Source: Candidatus Multivoradales bacterium (GTDB taxonomy: Bacteria; Acidobacteriota; Thermoanaerobaculia; Multivoradales; J023). Taken from it: a DNA stretch of 64,000 nt. The stretch is taken from assembly GCA_965248925.1 (NCBI GenBank), contig CBDFLE010000006.1, positions 608,001 through 672,000 of the forward strand, written 5' to 3'. Positions 1 to 10,522 of this stretch are shown piece by piece (position 1 is the first letter of the stretch; the number at the start of each line of letters is the position of its first letter). A program made the position numbers and the translations under genes. The notes below the pieces were generated by a model. It was not told the DNA's origin. It saw only the letters and a program-made list of their open reading frames with translations, and did not search any database.

Positions 1-1044
1 GAACTCGGCCACCAAGCCGAGCGCCAGTGGTTTGGCCGGATACTCGCCAGCCGCGGTGCGTTGATCTCCCTGCGCGGCGACGAATACCCGGACCTGCTGG
101 CGGAAGTAGCCCGCAGCCATGCGGCCGCACATGAGGTCTACACCCGCGGCCAGCGCTCGGTGGCGGTCGCCTTCCACCACCATGGCATCAACCGCAGCCT
201 GTGCCCGTGGGTGGTGGCTGGAGCACCGACCGCGGCTTGGGCCGCCAAGGTCCGACCGGCCCTGGACAAAAATCCAGCCGCCGCCCTCGACCGGCTGACA
301 GAGCTGATTTTCCGTTTCACCTTCGCCGACCGCGACGACGCCTTGCAGCTGGCCGCTGAGCGCGATCGCCAGCTGCACGCTCGCCGCCGATTGCTGGATG
401 AGCTGGCGATCGAGGAATTGCGCGTCCTTGGCGGCGGCAGCGATCTGCGAGTTTGCCTGACCCCCCAGGCGCGCTGGCTCGGCGGCAGCAAGCAGACCAC
501 CGACGGGCAGACCTTCAACGCCAACCTACCCAGCCTGGAGAACTACACCACTCCCGACCACCGACTGACCCAAGGTCGGCTGGCCGCCACCATGCCATTT
601 CGCACCAAGAGTGGCGTCTTGGTCGAAGGTCTGGTGCTGGAATTCGAGGACGGCCGGGTGAGTTCATTCACCGCCAGCCGCGGCAGCGAAGGATTCGCCC
701 GCTGGATCGATAGCGACCTAGGCGCGCGCCAGCTCGGCGAGTTCGCCTTGGTGGGCAACGACTCACCGATCGCCCAGAGTGGCCTGTTCTTCGAGCACAC
801 TCTCTTGGATGAAAACGCCTGGTCCCATGTGGCCCTGGGCAAAGCCTACGCCAATGGGCTGCGCGACGGCGCTCGAATGAGCTTGGCCCAGCTCCGCCAG
901 CTGGGCTGCAACGAGTCGGTCATCCACACCGACATCATGTTCGGCTCCCCCGAAGTGTCGATCACCGCCAGCCGCAGTCGTCGCGGCGCGGTGCCGCTGA
1001 TCGTCCGCGGCCAGTGGGTCGAAGAACTTCGCCAGCCCAGTTGA
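1..1044 (+). CDS. Aminopeptidase, M29 (AmpS/AmpT thermophilic metalloprotease) family, 5' truncated by window edge
   Basis: Frame is open from base 1. Motifs ANLPSLE, GEFAL, LLDENAWSHVALG and NESVIHTDIM match the M29 metal-binding segments. Confidence 0.85.
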   Translation, partial: ELGHQAERQWFGRILASRGALISLRGDEYPDLLAEVARSHAAAHEVYTRGQRSVAVAFHHHGINRSLCPWVVAGAPTAAWAAKVRPALDKNPAAALDRLTELIFRFTFADRDDALQLAAERDRQLHARRRLLDELAIEELRVLGGGSDLRVCLTPQARWLGGSKQTTDGQTFNANLPSLENYTTPDHRLTQGRLAATMPFRTKSGVLVEGLVLEFEDGRVSSFTASRGSEGFARWIDSDLGARQLGEFALVGNDSPIAQSGLFFEHTLLDENAWSHVALGKAYANGLRDGARMSLAQLRQLGCNESVIHTDIMFGSPEVSITASRSRRGAVPLIVRGQWVEELRQPS

Positions 1045-1232
1045 TCTCTCCCCGTCCGCGGCCCACGGGCCTTGATATCCTCTCTCCTAAGCTAGATCTC
1101 TAATCGAACCGAGAGGCGGCATCTGCTTCCGCGGTGTCTGGCGTGGAGCGCGCCGGGGCCCTGGTAAGGCTGCACCAGCCCTGCCAGAGGAAGTCAGATG
1201 GCCGGACTTTCGGCAACCAAAGGGACCAAAAA

Positions 1233-1748
1233 ATGGGCACCGACCTGCTCGATTTTCTCGACTACAGCCCAATGTCTATCTACATGTGCCTGATGGCCGG
1301 CGCGCTGATCAACTACGGCCTGATCGCCAAACATTGGGTCTGGCCACGGATAAAGACCATGCCCCGCAAGGCGGCCCTGCAACCGCTGTTGCAACTCGAA
1401 GGCTTCCGCTACCTCGGTCTGTGCACGCTGGCGCCGAGCCAGGTGAGCGGCGAGCTGCCGCGGACCTGGGCTCATGCCACCGCCCTCGGCGATTTGACCT
1501 CGGCGGTCTTGGCATTGATCTCGCTCTACGGCCTGCGTGCTGGCTGGAAGAGGATCAACCTGTGGCTTTGGGCCTTCTTCCTGATCGGCAGTTACGATCT
1601 CATGCAGTCCTTCATCGTCGCTTTGCAGCTGAAGGTACCGGATCAAGCCGGCAGCATGATCTACATCATCTCGACCCTCTACGCACCGGCCGGCCTGATC
1701 ACCCTGGTGTTGATCGGCATGCTGCTCTGCGGCCGCGGCCAGCGCTAG
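1233..1748 (+). CDS. Hypothetical integral membrane protein
   Basis: ATG at 1233 follows AGGGA; several hydrophobic segments; converges on the TonB receptor gene with a 4-bp overlap. Confidence 0.6.
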   Translation: MGTDLLDFLDYSPMSIYMCLMAGALINYGLIAKHWVWPRIKTMPRKAALQPLLQLEGFRYLGLCTLAPSQVSGELPRTWAHATALGDLTSAVLALISLYGLRAGWKRINLWLWAFFLIGSYDLMQSFIVALQLKVPDQAGSMIYIISTLYAPAGLITLVLIGMLLCGRGQR

Positions 1749-3976
1749 TTGAAGCGTAGGGCAAAGTCGACGCCGTAGGTGCGCGGGTCGCCGATGACCA
1801 GGGCGTCGAAACCAAAGTCGGCGGCGCTGAAAGAATTGGCGACGTAGACCTCGTCCGCCAAGTTCTTGCCCCACAGAGCCACCGACCAACGGCCGGCGCC
1901 GGCAGCATCGAAAGCCAGCCGGCCGTTCCACAGGCTGTGGGCGGCGCTGGCCAGGCGCTGGAGGTTGGCCGGATCCAAGAAACGGTCGTCGGCATAACTA
2001 AAATCGGCGAAGGCGCGCAGCGTGCCACGCTCACCGAGCGGTGTGGAGTAACCGACGCGGCCGTTCGCGCTCCATTCGGGAGCAGCAATCAGGCGATTGC
2101 CGGAAAAATCGAGACCGTCGGCGCGGACATAGCTCTGGTACTCGGCATCGAGCCAACCGAGGCCGAGGCGTAGATCTAGCCCCGCCGCTGGCCGCGCCTC
2201 AAGTTCGAATTCGACCCCGGCGACGCGAGCGTCCGAAGCATTGTCCAGCACCTCCACCGGCAAGCCGCCAGTGGCGTCGATATCGAACACCTGTAGATCC
2301 GTATAGTCGTAATAGAAAGCTGAGGCGGCCAAGCGCAGCCGGCGCTCTAGCAACTCGGAGCGCCAGCCAAACTCATAGCTGGTAACAAACTCCGGCTCGA
2401 CCGGGGTCGCCTCCGCCGCCAAGAAACGGGCACCACCATTGAACCCACCACTCTTGAAACCGCGACTGAGCGAACCCCAAACCAGCAGACCCGGCCGCGG
2501 CTGCCACGATAGACCAAGATCGCCGGAAAACTCAGACGCATCGATCTGGCGCTCCAAACCAACGATCGCCGGCACCTCGAAGAGAGGCTCGACAAAGGCG
2601 GTATCGAGCCGCAGCTCTTTCTCTTCGCGAGAAAAACGAGCTCCACCGCGCACCGTCAGATGATCCGCCAAGCGGTAGGTGAGCTGCCCGAACGGCGCCC
2701 AGCTGGTAGTTTCCTGGTCGTAGACTTGGCGAAAACCAAAAGGGCTGAACGGTGGATTGAAAGGGATCCCGAAGGGCCGCAAGGAGCCCAGCACATCAAA
2801 GAAATTCTCTACCTCGAGACTCTCGTCAAAGTAAAACAGGCCGGCGATCCAATCAAGATCACCGCCGCTCTTGGAGGTCAGGCGAAACTCTTGTGAAAAC
2901 TGTTCTGAGTCGTTCGACCAATCGCTGTGCAGCAGAGCATTGGGACTCGCGTCGGTGTCTTCAAGCACCAGTCGATCGGCTTCGCGCCAGGCGCTGATCG
3001 AAGTCAGATCAAAGCTAGAACCGGCGTGAATCACGGTCATCGAAGCGCCCCGGGTATTAACATCGGTGCGGGTCGGTCGATCATAAGAACCGGTGAAGGG
3101 ATCGGGGCTTTCGACATATCCCAAGGCATCGGCACCGCCGAACAACCCCTGGCTTTGGTATTGCCTTGCCGCCGACCGGTTGGCCCCGCCATCGACCGCC
3201 CAGCGCAGCGACAGTCGGTCGTTGGGCAACCACCTCAGCTGTAAGCGGGCGGCGCGGGCATCGAGGTCGTTCTCGTCGTTGCCATTGAGCAGGTTGCGAG
3301 TAATGCCGTCGCGCTGGCGTAGATTGGCCGCTAGCCGCACCGCGACGCGCCCCTCGGCGCTGGCCATCTCGGCACCGCCCTCCACATCGAGCTGATCGAA
3401 CCGCCCCCAACCGAGGCGCAAACGCCCCCCGTTCTGCCCGCTCGGCTTACGGGTCACCAATTGCACCGCGCCGCCGGTGGTGTTCTTGCCAAACAACGTA
3501 CCTTGCGGACCGCGCAGCACTTCGATCCGTTCGAGATCGAAAAACTCCAAAACCTGACCGGTGGGCGAACTCAGATAAACCTCGTCAGCGTAGAAACCCA
3601 CCGCACTACTGGTATTGGAATTGAAGTCGTTGAGACCCACGCCACGCAGAAAGATCATCGGATTCGAGGCAGCGAAACTCTGTTTGATCTCCAGGTGAGT
3701 GGTCTGGGCGGCAATCTCACTACTGCTGTTGAGGCGCAGAGACTCGAGATCCTCGGCACTCAACACGCTCAAGGACATCGGCACATCCCGCAAACTCGCT
3801 TGCCGTTTTTGCGCGGTGACGGTGATCTCGCCACCGACCACCGCCGCGGGCGGCGCGGAGACTGTCTGGGAATTCTCATTGGCCGGCTCCTGATCAGCCT
3901 TCAGCTGCTGGCCCGAGGCTGCCGGCGCCATGCTCAGAATACAGATCAAACAGGCTACTTGGGTGAGCTGCTGCAT
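1745..3976 (-). CDS. TonB-dependent receptor
   Basis: Signal peptide from MQQLTQ; ITVTAQKR TonB-box region; ERIEVLRGPQGTLFGKNTTGG plug motif; C-terminal PRTYGVDFALRFN beta-strand. Confidence 0.93.
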   Translation of the reverse strand: MQQLTQVACLICILSMAPAASGQQLKADQEPANENSQTVSAPPAAVVGGEITVTAQKRQASLRDVPMSLSVLSAEDLESLRLNSSSEIAAQTTHLEIKQSFAASNPMIFLRGVGLNDFNSNTSSAVGFYADEVYLSSPTGQVLEFFDLERIEVLRGPQGTLFGKNTTGGAVQLVTRKPSGQNGGRLRLGWGRFDQLDVEGGAEMASAEGRVAVRLAANLRQRDGITRNLLNGNDENDLDARAARLQLRWLPNDRLSLRWAVDGGANRSAARQYQSQGLFGGADALGYVESPDPFTGSYDRPTRTDVNTRGASMTVIHAGSSFDLTSISAWREADRLVLEDTDASPNALLHSDWSNDSEQFSQEFRLTSKSGGDLDWIAGLFYFDESLEVENFFDVLGSLRPFGIPFNPPFSPFGFRQVYDQETTSWAPFGQLTYRLADHLTVRGGARFSREEKELRLDTAFVEPLFEVPAIVGLERQIDASEFSGDLGLSWQPRPGLLVWGSLSRGFKSGGFNGGARFLAAEATPVEPEFVTSYEFGWRSELLERRLRLAASAFYYDYTDLQVFDIDATGGLPVEVLDNASDARVAGVEFELEARPAAGLDLRLGLGWLDAEYQSYVRADGLDFSGNRLIAAPEWSANGRVGYSTPLGERGTLRAFADFSYADDRFLDPANLQRLASAAHSLWNGRLAFDAAGAGRWSVALWGKNLADEVYVANSFSAADFGFDALVIGDPRTYGVDFALRFN

Positions 3977-4095
3977 GTCATAAGACCCCGTGTCATCGCG
4001 TGGCGGGTCGCCTCGATCACTGCGGGCCACGGTTAACAAGTAAAACCAATAGAAGATGAGAGTAGCGAGGAAATACCGACCAAACTGTAGCACGA

Positions 4096-7000
4096 TCAGC
4101 CGGCTAAAGCATCCAGCGCGGAGAGCTCACCTGCTGCTCCCAACTCAGCAAATATTCGCCGCGCCGCGTCGAGATGGTAAGCACGCCGCGAGCCGTCCGC
4201 GCTGAGGCGACGTCCAAGTTCAGCGTGCGCCCGAGCTTGCTCAAAAGGCATCTTCAACTCTTCAGCCTCCACCAAACTACGGCGCAGCAGCCGCAGAGCT
4301 CGCCGCTGGCGACCCCCCAGCCAGGCTACCCTACCGGCGAAAAGACGGGCCGCTGGCCGGCCGATGGGGAAAACCCAGCTGAAGGTGCGCAGCCGGCCGG
4401 CCATCTCCCGCACCCGCTGCCCGAGCTCCGCTCGCTCCGGCGCCGCGTTGGCCACCGCCTCAGCCCACAACTCGAGATAGACTTCGGCGCATCCTTGATA
4501 TCCCCACAAGGTCGAGAACACGGTGGGGGGCGAGGTCCTGGCGATGTGCTCCCGCGCCACCTCGGCCGCGGCGCGGGCCGCGTCCAGCTGCCCCAGCTGC
4601 CAGCGCGCCAGGGCCAACTGACCATGGGCAATCACCTGGGTCCAGCCGTCAGGGCTGTCGGCCGCTAGTGATATCACCTCTTCACAGAACTCGGCGGCGG
4701 CCTGGGCATCGCCGCTACGCAGGGTCGCCACCGCCAAATAATTTCGGCTCCAGGCACGGCGCAAGCGATTGTCCAAACGCTGAAAAGTCTCATAAAGAGA
4801 CTCGCAGAGTTCGACGGCACGCCGTTGGCTGCCCTCCAAGATCAAGGACGCGGCCAGCACCGAAGCGGTATCACCCCACAGGCGGTGGGCACCGAGGCGC
4901 TGAAAGATCCGCTGACCTTTGTCCAGTCGCAGGCGCACCTCCTGCCACTGGCCGACACCAACCTTGTAGAGGCCAATCATCAGCTGCACCTGCGCCTGGG
5001 TCGTCTGATGGTCGACCTTGCTCGCCATGCGATCCGCCAAACGCCGATAGAGTTCCGCCAAACGGTGCAGCGACAGCATCCCGACCAAAGTACAGATAGT
5101 GCTGTAACCCACCGCCAGCCGCTCCGCTGAGTTGGCGGCGCGCTCGGCGGCGTTAAGGCAAGAGAAACCACAGTGGAAAGCCGCCAGCGATTCGGTGTTC
5201 AGGTATGCGACTTCGGCGAGATCGTGATAATGCCCGGCCAATTGCAGGAGATCTTCGCGCCGGGCCTGCGAACGCGGAACGACAGCGCCGCCGGGCCGCA
5301 AGCGATGCACCAGCTGCCTCCCCAGCTGGCCAAACAGAGCCAACACCCGGCTGCCCTTACCCTCGGCCACTCGCTCGCCTAGCAGCTCAATCGCCGCGTG
5401 GTAATGCTCTTTCGCTTTGGCCAGCCGGCCAAGGCCGAAAAACGCCTGCCCGGCACCGCCGTGCCATTCCGACTTCTTACTCGGGCTGGTCGTCGAGGCA
5501 CCCAGCGAGAGCCTCTCTTCGAACTCCAGAATCTGCTCGAAGAAACCCGCCGCTTCGGGGTTGGCAAAGTTTCGTAGCGCTTCGGCCGCGGCTTGCTCGA
5601 GACACGCCACGGCTTTCGCCACGAGTTCTTGAGGCGGCTGGCGCACCTCCTCGAGGGTCTTGGTCCAATGGTGGGCCAGCAAGGGATAGATCCCCGCCGC
5701 CCCAGCCTCGTGGTGGGCCTCATACCATTCCGCCACCCGCTGATGCAGCTCGCGGCGTTGGGCGAAGAGCATCATGTTGTAAGCCACTTCCTGGGTGATG
5801 GCGTGCTTGAAGATGTAACTCAGATCAGGTTCTGGGGTCTCCAAATGGGTCAGGTCGAGGCGCTGCAAACAATCCAGCGAAGCACGCAAAAGATGCCGCG
5901 TTTCGACGCTCGGATAGACCTCGTAAAGGGGTTGGTGAAAGAACACTCGGCCGAGCACGCTGGCCACCTTGACGGTCAACTGCTGCTCGGGACGCAGTCG
6001 GTCGATACGACCGGTGACCACCCCCTCGATAGTGTCTGGAAACTGAGTCTGCGCCAAGTCGGTCACGCCAGGAGCCAGCTTGCAATGCCCGTCGTCGATG
6101 CGGATCAAATCAGCATCGCGCAGAGCATTGGCCAGCTCTTCGCTGAAGAACGGGTTGCCCTCCGCCTTGTCGCTGATCAAGCGTGCCACGGGCTCCGGCA
6201 AACCGCTGACTCCGAGCCGCCGACAGACCAGCAGCAAGGACTCCTGGCGCGACATGCTGCCAAGCAGCAAATGCTCGCCCGACTCGATTTGCTGGCGCAG
6301 CTCAGACGGCGCGGCATCGCCCATCGGCCGGGTCGCCAGCACCAACAGCCAGCGCCCGGGCGAACGCGCCAGCTGAGCGATCAAAGCCCACGACGCCGAG
6401 TCGGCCCAATGCAGGTCATCGAGCACCAGCAGCCGCGGCCGCAGCGCGGCGGCCTGCTCGACAATCGCCCGCAACAGCCGATGGGTGTTATCCGCCCGCA
6501 CCTGGCCGCTGAGCTGCGATGTGAATTCGTTATCGGGCAGATCTAGGGCCAGCAAGGGGCCGAGCAGCGGCCCGAGCTGCGCTTGCCGATCGTCGAGCCG
6601 CGCGCTGAGCCAGCTGTCGATAGCCGCTGGCGAAAGGTCGCCGCTGTGCTCAGCCCCGAGCAAGGTGGTGAAGATAGACCGCCACACGAAGTAAGCCGTG
6701 GCGCTCTCGACCGCATCCGCGATTCCGACATGGACCTCCAGCGGTTCCTCGGCGGTGCGGCAGCCGCGCAGCAGTTCCTGCAACAAACGTGACTTACCGA
6801 TCCCCGCCTCGCCTTCGACAACCACCACCCCGGCTTGCCCCCGGAGCAGCCTGGCAAGTGCTTCACGGAGCACCCCCCGCTCTTTTTGCCGGCCGACGAT
6901 CGCCCCATCGGCCGCGGCTTCAATCGCCCGCGACGCCGACCGACGGTCGGGGCGGAGTTCAAAAATGGGCATCGGCTCGCGCTTGCCCTTGGCCTTGAAG

Positions 7001-8226
7001 TGCCCCAGGTCGAGTAGGTGGAAGCGGTCGGCCAAGGCCTCGGCGATACGGCCACTGATCAAGATCTGCCCCGGCTCGGCCCGGCTCATCAAGCGGGCGG
7101 CCACATTGGTCTCATCACCCAGCACGGAGTAGGTACGGCGGGTGACGCTACCCGTCTCGCCGGCGCGCAAACGGCCGCGACTTATCCCGATCCGCAAGTC
7201 GCGCACGAAGCTCAGATCGGCCGGTGGGCGCATGAGCTGCAACGCCGCCGCCGCCGCCCGCTCGGCGTCGTCCTCATGCGCCACCGGAGCACCGAACACG
7301 GCATAAAAATAACTCCCCTTGTCGCCGCTAGTGAGGTCGATCAGCGAGCCACCGTAGCGCCGCAATAGTTGGTCGACCCAGCGGATCCACCGGTCGAGCT
7401 TGCCCCCGACCTGATCGTCGCGATCATAGTCAAGCCCAGCAAAACTGACGAAGAGAGCGATCGCGAAGCGCAACTCGGCCAGGAAGTGCCCCTGGCCAGA
7501 GAGCAGTCGTTCATAGACTTCCGGCAGCAGAAAGGGACGCACCCTGGCGGCATCTAGCGGCTCAGCCTCAATCTCAGGCCAGGGATCGGCTGCCACCGAG
7601 GCGAAGACAGCGACAACGCCATACGAGCGTCCCTCACCATCGCGACGCAACTCAGCGAGCGACAGATCCCGACCCAGCCGCTCCATCACCGCCGGTCCGG
7701 CAATCACTTCACCCTCGCTGGCCAGTCCCTCTCCAGCCGCCATCCGGTCGAGGGGGGCGCCGGCCAAGACGTCGAGCAAGCGGACCTCCGGGTCGCCGAC
7801 CAGCAGCCGCCGAACCGGCCCCGCCGCCACCGCCGCCTTGACTCCCAGAGCCACGGTATAGCCGCTGGGAGTCTCGATCGCCGCTTGGCGGCCCACCACT
7901 TGCTGCATGGCGATCGCCGCCGACAATGCCCGCCGACCTTGATCGCCCTCGAAAAAGCAGGTGATCGCATCGCCGCTGAAACCGATGACACAGCCCCGTT
8001 GTGCATGCACCTCGTGGATCAGCGCGCCATACACCCGGTTGAGATGCTGAGTGAGTTCCTCGGCACCGCGGCGGCGGCCAAGCTCCCGCACCAGGGTCTC
8101 GGTCAGCGGGGTGAAGCCGGAAACATCGGCGAACAGCACCGCGCCCTCGGCCCTCTCGGGCAGAGCGTGACCCGCGGCCATCGACCGGCGACGGTCGATC
8201 GGCAGATAAGCGTCGAAGCGCTTCAT
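4096..8226 (-). CDS. Class III adenylate/guanylate cyclase with tandem cyclase domains, STAND-type AAA ATPase and C-terminal TPR-like repeats
   Basis: FADVSGFT and FSGDA (cyclase 1); GDKG and VLGDETNVAARL (cyclase 2); Walker A GEAGIGKS; Walker B LVLDDLHWAD; YIFKHAITQEVAY; helical repeats. Start set at MKRFDAY. Confidence 0.92.
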   Translation of the reverse strand: MKRFDAYLPIDRRRSMAAGHALPERAEGAVLFADVSGFTPLTETLVRELGRRRGAEELTQHLNRVYGALIHEVHAQRGCVIGFSGDAITCFFEGDQGRRALSAAIAMQQVVGRQAAIETPSGYTVALGVKAAVAAGPVRRLLVGDPEVRLLDVLAGAPLDRMAAGEGLASEGEVIAGPAVMERLGRDLSLAELRRDGEGRSYGVVAVFASVAADPWPEIEAEPLDAARVRPFLLPEVYERLLSGQGHFLAELRFAIALFVSFAGLDYDRDDQVGGKLDRWIRWVDQLLRRYGGSLIDLTSGDKGSYFYAVFGAPVAHEDDAERAAAAALQLMRPPADLSFVRDLRIGISRGRLRAGETGSVTRRTYSVLGDETNVAARLMSRAEPGQILISGRIAEALADRFHLLDLGHFKAKGKREPMPIFELRPDRRSASRAIEAAADGAIVGRQKERGVLREALARLLRGQAGVVVVEGEAGIGKSRLLQELLRGCRTAEEPLEVHVGIADAVESATAYFVWRSIFTTLLGAEHSGDLSPAAIDSWLSARLDDRQAQLGPLLGPLLALDLPDNEFTSQLSGQVRADNTHRLLRAIVEQAAALRPRLLVLDDLHWADSASWALIAQLARSPGRWLLVLATRPMGDAAPSELRQQIESGEHLLLGSMSRQESLLLVCRRLGVSGLPEPVARLISDKAEGNPFFSEELANALRDADLIRIDDGHCKLAPGVTDLAQTQFPDTIEGVVTGRIDRLRPEQQLTVKVASVLGRVFFHQPLYEVYPSVETRHLLRASLDCLQRLDLTHLETPEPDLSYIFKHAITQEVAYNMMLFAQRRELHQRVAEWYEAHHEAGAAGIYPLLAHHWTKTLEEVRQPPQELVAKAVACLEQAAAEALRNFANPEAAGFFEQILEFEERLSLGASTTSPSKKSEWHGGAGQAFFGLGRLAKAKEHYHAAIELLGERVAEGKGSRVLALFGQLGRQLVHRLRPGGAVVPRSQARREDLLQLAGHYHDLAEVAYLNTESLAAFHCGFSCLNAAERAANSAERLAVGYSTICTLVGMLSLHRLAELYRRLADRMASKVDHQTTQAQVQLMIGLYKVGVGQWQEVRLRLDKGQRIFQRLGAHRLWGDTASVLAASLILEGSQRRAVELCESLYETFQRLDNRLRRAWSRNYLAVATLRSGDAQAAAEFCEEVISLAADSPDGWTQVIAHGQLALARWQLGQLDAARAAAEVAREHIARTSPPTVFSTLWGYQGCAEVYLELWAEAVANAAPERAELGQRVREMAGRLRTFSWVFPIGRPAARLFAGRVAWLGGRQRRALRLLRRSLVEAEELKMPFEQARAHAELGRRLSADGSRRAYHLDAARRIFAELGAAGELSALDALAG

Positions 8227-8336
8227 AGATTCCTCAACCCACAGTCTATAGAGAAGAAATGCCAGCTTAGACCTCCCTAGACTAGAGTCGACCCGGCCGC
8301 AGCACAAGCAGCCACTTGGGCCGAGAATGGCTCAAT

Positions 8337-8442
8337 CCTCTGCCGACGTCCCGCAACTTTGGCTTAGGAAGGCTTCGGCGCCACCGACTCACCGGCTTGC
8401 AACTCCCGGCCATGGATCCTCCAGAAACTGGCTCGCTCGGCC
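8337..8442. repeat. Left copy of a 106-bp imperfect direct repeat; displaced 3' end of the GMC oxidoreductase gene (att-like)
   Basis: Matches 16214-16319 with 7 mismatches by manual alignment. The minus strand reads AERASFWRIHGRELQAGESVAPKPS-stop, versus AERASFWMIHGRELQAGESVAPKPS-stop in the intact gene. Confidence 0.93.
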
Positions 8443-8574
8443 GAATCGCCAGGGAGGGCATGTATAGATGCCCGCTTGCAGACCCGAGCGACTTTGTTAG
8501 TCGGGTGGTGCTTGAATGCTCTGCTGCTGTTTTCATGGCTACGATCTACAGCGTTGTTACTACAGTTGCGGCCG

Positions 8575-8814
8575 ATGAGCGACCCACGACCGATTCAGGA
8601 AACCGCCTCGGCCGAGCTGACCGAGAGCTACATGCGGGCGGTGGTGCTAGAAGCGTTTGTCGAGTCCGAGCTGCGGCGCCTGGAGTACCGGCTAGTCCGT
8701 TGGGTGGCAATGCTCCCAGATCAGCTCCCTGAGCCGGCCCATCGCGGCGATCTAGCCAAACGGGAGCTAGCGAGCGTCGAGCTTCGCTCGCCAACCCTTC
8801 CCCTGGGTTCCTAG
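8575..8814 (+). CDS. Small hypothetical protein, probably a truncated paralog of 14471-14845
   Basis: MSDPRPIQE..ELRRLE..SVELRSPTL aligns with MNDPQPILE..EFRRLE..SAELRPPTL; the upstream DNA is also homologous. Confidence 0.55.
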   Translation: MSDPRPIQETASAELTESYMRAVVLEAFVESELRRLEYRLVRWVAMLPDQLPEPAHRGDLAKRELASVELRSPTLPLGS

Positions 8815-8837
8815 CTTCCAGTCGCGAGCCTCACCCC

Positions 8838-9260
8838 GTGCGAACGGTGTTCACTCCCAGCCTCGACGATGTGGCGAACCTGTTGCTGCTGGCGGAAGAT
8901 ACGAGCCCTGAGATCGGCAGGATGGCGTGGCATCTTCTCAGAAGAGATGCGCTGACCGGACTGAAACTCAAAGAGCTGCTGGAGCTGGCTCGGGACGCAG
9001 GGATCAGGGTTGGCAGTCAGCATTGGAGCCTCTCAGCGCTGGTGATCAATCAGCAAGTAGACAGGCTGGTCACTTCCGATGGCCGCACTTGGAAGGATGC
9101 ACACGACCTACTCGACCCCGGTCGCGTAGAGGGAGTGGACTACCGAGGGCTGCTTCGCGTGCTTGACGCGCGCCTTGCGCGCTACAGTGCCAACAAGGTG
9201 CGTATGCAGCGACTTCGAGAGCGATTGATTCGGGAGTCAGGGATGACGCGGGCAACCTAG
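8838..9260 (+). CDS. Hypothetical protein
   Basis: 140-aa ORF with GTG start and plausible helical composition; no recognised motif. Confidence 0.45.
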   Translation: MRTVFTPSLDDVANLLLLAEDTSPEIGRMAWHLLRRDALTGLKLKELLELARDAGIRVGSQHWSLSALVINQQVDRLVTSDGRTWKDAHDLLDPGRVEGVDYRGLLRVLDARLARYSANKVRMQRLRERLIRESGMTRAT

Positions 9261-9440
9261 CGAGCCGTTGCTGGGGGATTGGCCTTCGACAGTCACTGGG
9301 TCGAAAAACTACGCTAAGGGTTATCCTGGCCGCCGGCCGGCCGCGAGCGGAGCTGGTGCTGGCCGAGTCGGTCGAGCGGGCCGCAGCAAACACCCCGCCA
9401 GGCCCGCGCCGGCGAGGTGCTGCGGTCTAAGGCGGTGCGG

Positions 9441-9923
9441 CTAGCCGGTTGATCGAGGCTCGGGCAAGGGCCTTGCCGCTGCTAACCCACACAAGAAACC
9501 GCCGCACGGTTGAACGCAGATTGAGGAAGAGTCGCTGTTGACCTGTGAGAACCCACCATGCGCGAAGATCGTCGAGTTGGTGTGGCCCCGGATCTGAAAT
9601 GGGCAGATGCCCGTCCCCGAGTAATGAGTGGTAGTTCTATTGCCATCCATATAGAGCCCTCCCGTATCTGAGAAAAACCCGACTCTCGGGAACTGGCCGT
9701 TACAACTCATAGATGTGAACATCTCGTAGATGTAGAAGTTACCGACCCGTCCTGGCTCGACTTCGGCATAGCTGAACACATGGAACGTCATGAACTGCGT
9801 CGGAGTTCCGAAGCCGCAGCAGCTGACCGCATCCGTGGTAGCGTTGGTCCTCACGAGAAGGCCGTGGCTGGCAGAGGCAGAAAAAAGCGCAATCGCCGCG
9901 ATCAGAGGGAGGATGGTTCTCAT
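9441..9923 (-). CDS. Secreted Cys-rich hypothetical protein
   Basis: Signal peptide MRTILPLIAAIALFSASASHG; 7 Cys; ATGA overlap with the upstream gene; AGGAG RBS. Confidence 0.7.
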   Translation of the reverse strand: MRTILPLIAAIALFSASASHGLLVRTNATTDAVSCCGFGTPTQFMTFHVFSYAEVEPGRVGNFYIYEMFTSMSCNGQFPRVGFFSDTGGLYMDGNRTTTHYSGTGICPFQIRGHTNSTIFAHGGFSQVNSDSSSICVQPCGGFLCGLAAARPLPEPRSTG

Positions 9924-10522
9924 GGTTGCTCTCCTAGAGTTGTACTCGTCTCTTTCGTAGCACGGCGTTCGAACTCGCCGACGATGGCGAAGAAATCGGC
10001 ATCGAGCGGCTTGTCCGATGTCATATTGGTTTGCTGCGCGATCTCTCCTTCGATCATGTTGTCGATCCCGTCTGTCGTGCTGCCGAACTCTGCGAGGTCG
10101 GATTTCAGGCGGTGGTAGATGTCACCGAGGGCACCCGCCTCCCCTTTCCTAAACTGAGTCCGCCGAGCCTTGAGCGCCACCGGGTCTTCCCGGAGCAGCG
10201 TCAGCTCCCGTTCGCGGACTGCTTTCTCGGCCTCGCTGGGGAGCAGGGCTGCAAACGCTTCGATGGAGCGAGCAAAGGCATCTTCTTCCTCGGAGCCGAC
10301 CTTGAGCCCCATGCGTTCGACAAACTGATGGTAGAAGACCCTTTCATCCAGCTGATAGCGCATGAGGGCGTTTTCGTAAAACGTTAGTACCAGGTAGTAG
10401 CGAGGGATCTGCCGCCCGGTGAGTTGGATGAGCTGACCCTCGGTCGCGGGCGAGGCAGCCAGGGGAGCGGTAGTCACCAGACCGAGGGTCAGGATCAAGA
10501 GCAGAGACAAGCCAATTCGCAT
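9920..10522 (-). CDS. Secreted alpha-helical hypothetical protein
   Basis: GGAGG RBS before ATG 10522; signal peptide MRIGLSLLLILTLGLVTTAPLAA. Confidence 0.72.
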   Translation of the reverse strand: MRIGLSLLLILTLGLVTTAPLAASPATEGQLIQLTGRQIPRYYLVLTFYENALMRYQLDERVFYHQFVERMGLKVGSEEEDAFARSIEAFAALLPSEAEKAVRERELTLLREDPVALKARRTQFRKGEAGALGDIYHRLKSDLAEFGSTTDGIDNMIEGEIAQQTNMTSDKPLDADFFAIVGEFERRATKETSTTLGEQP

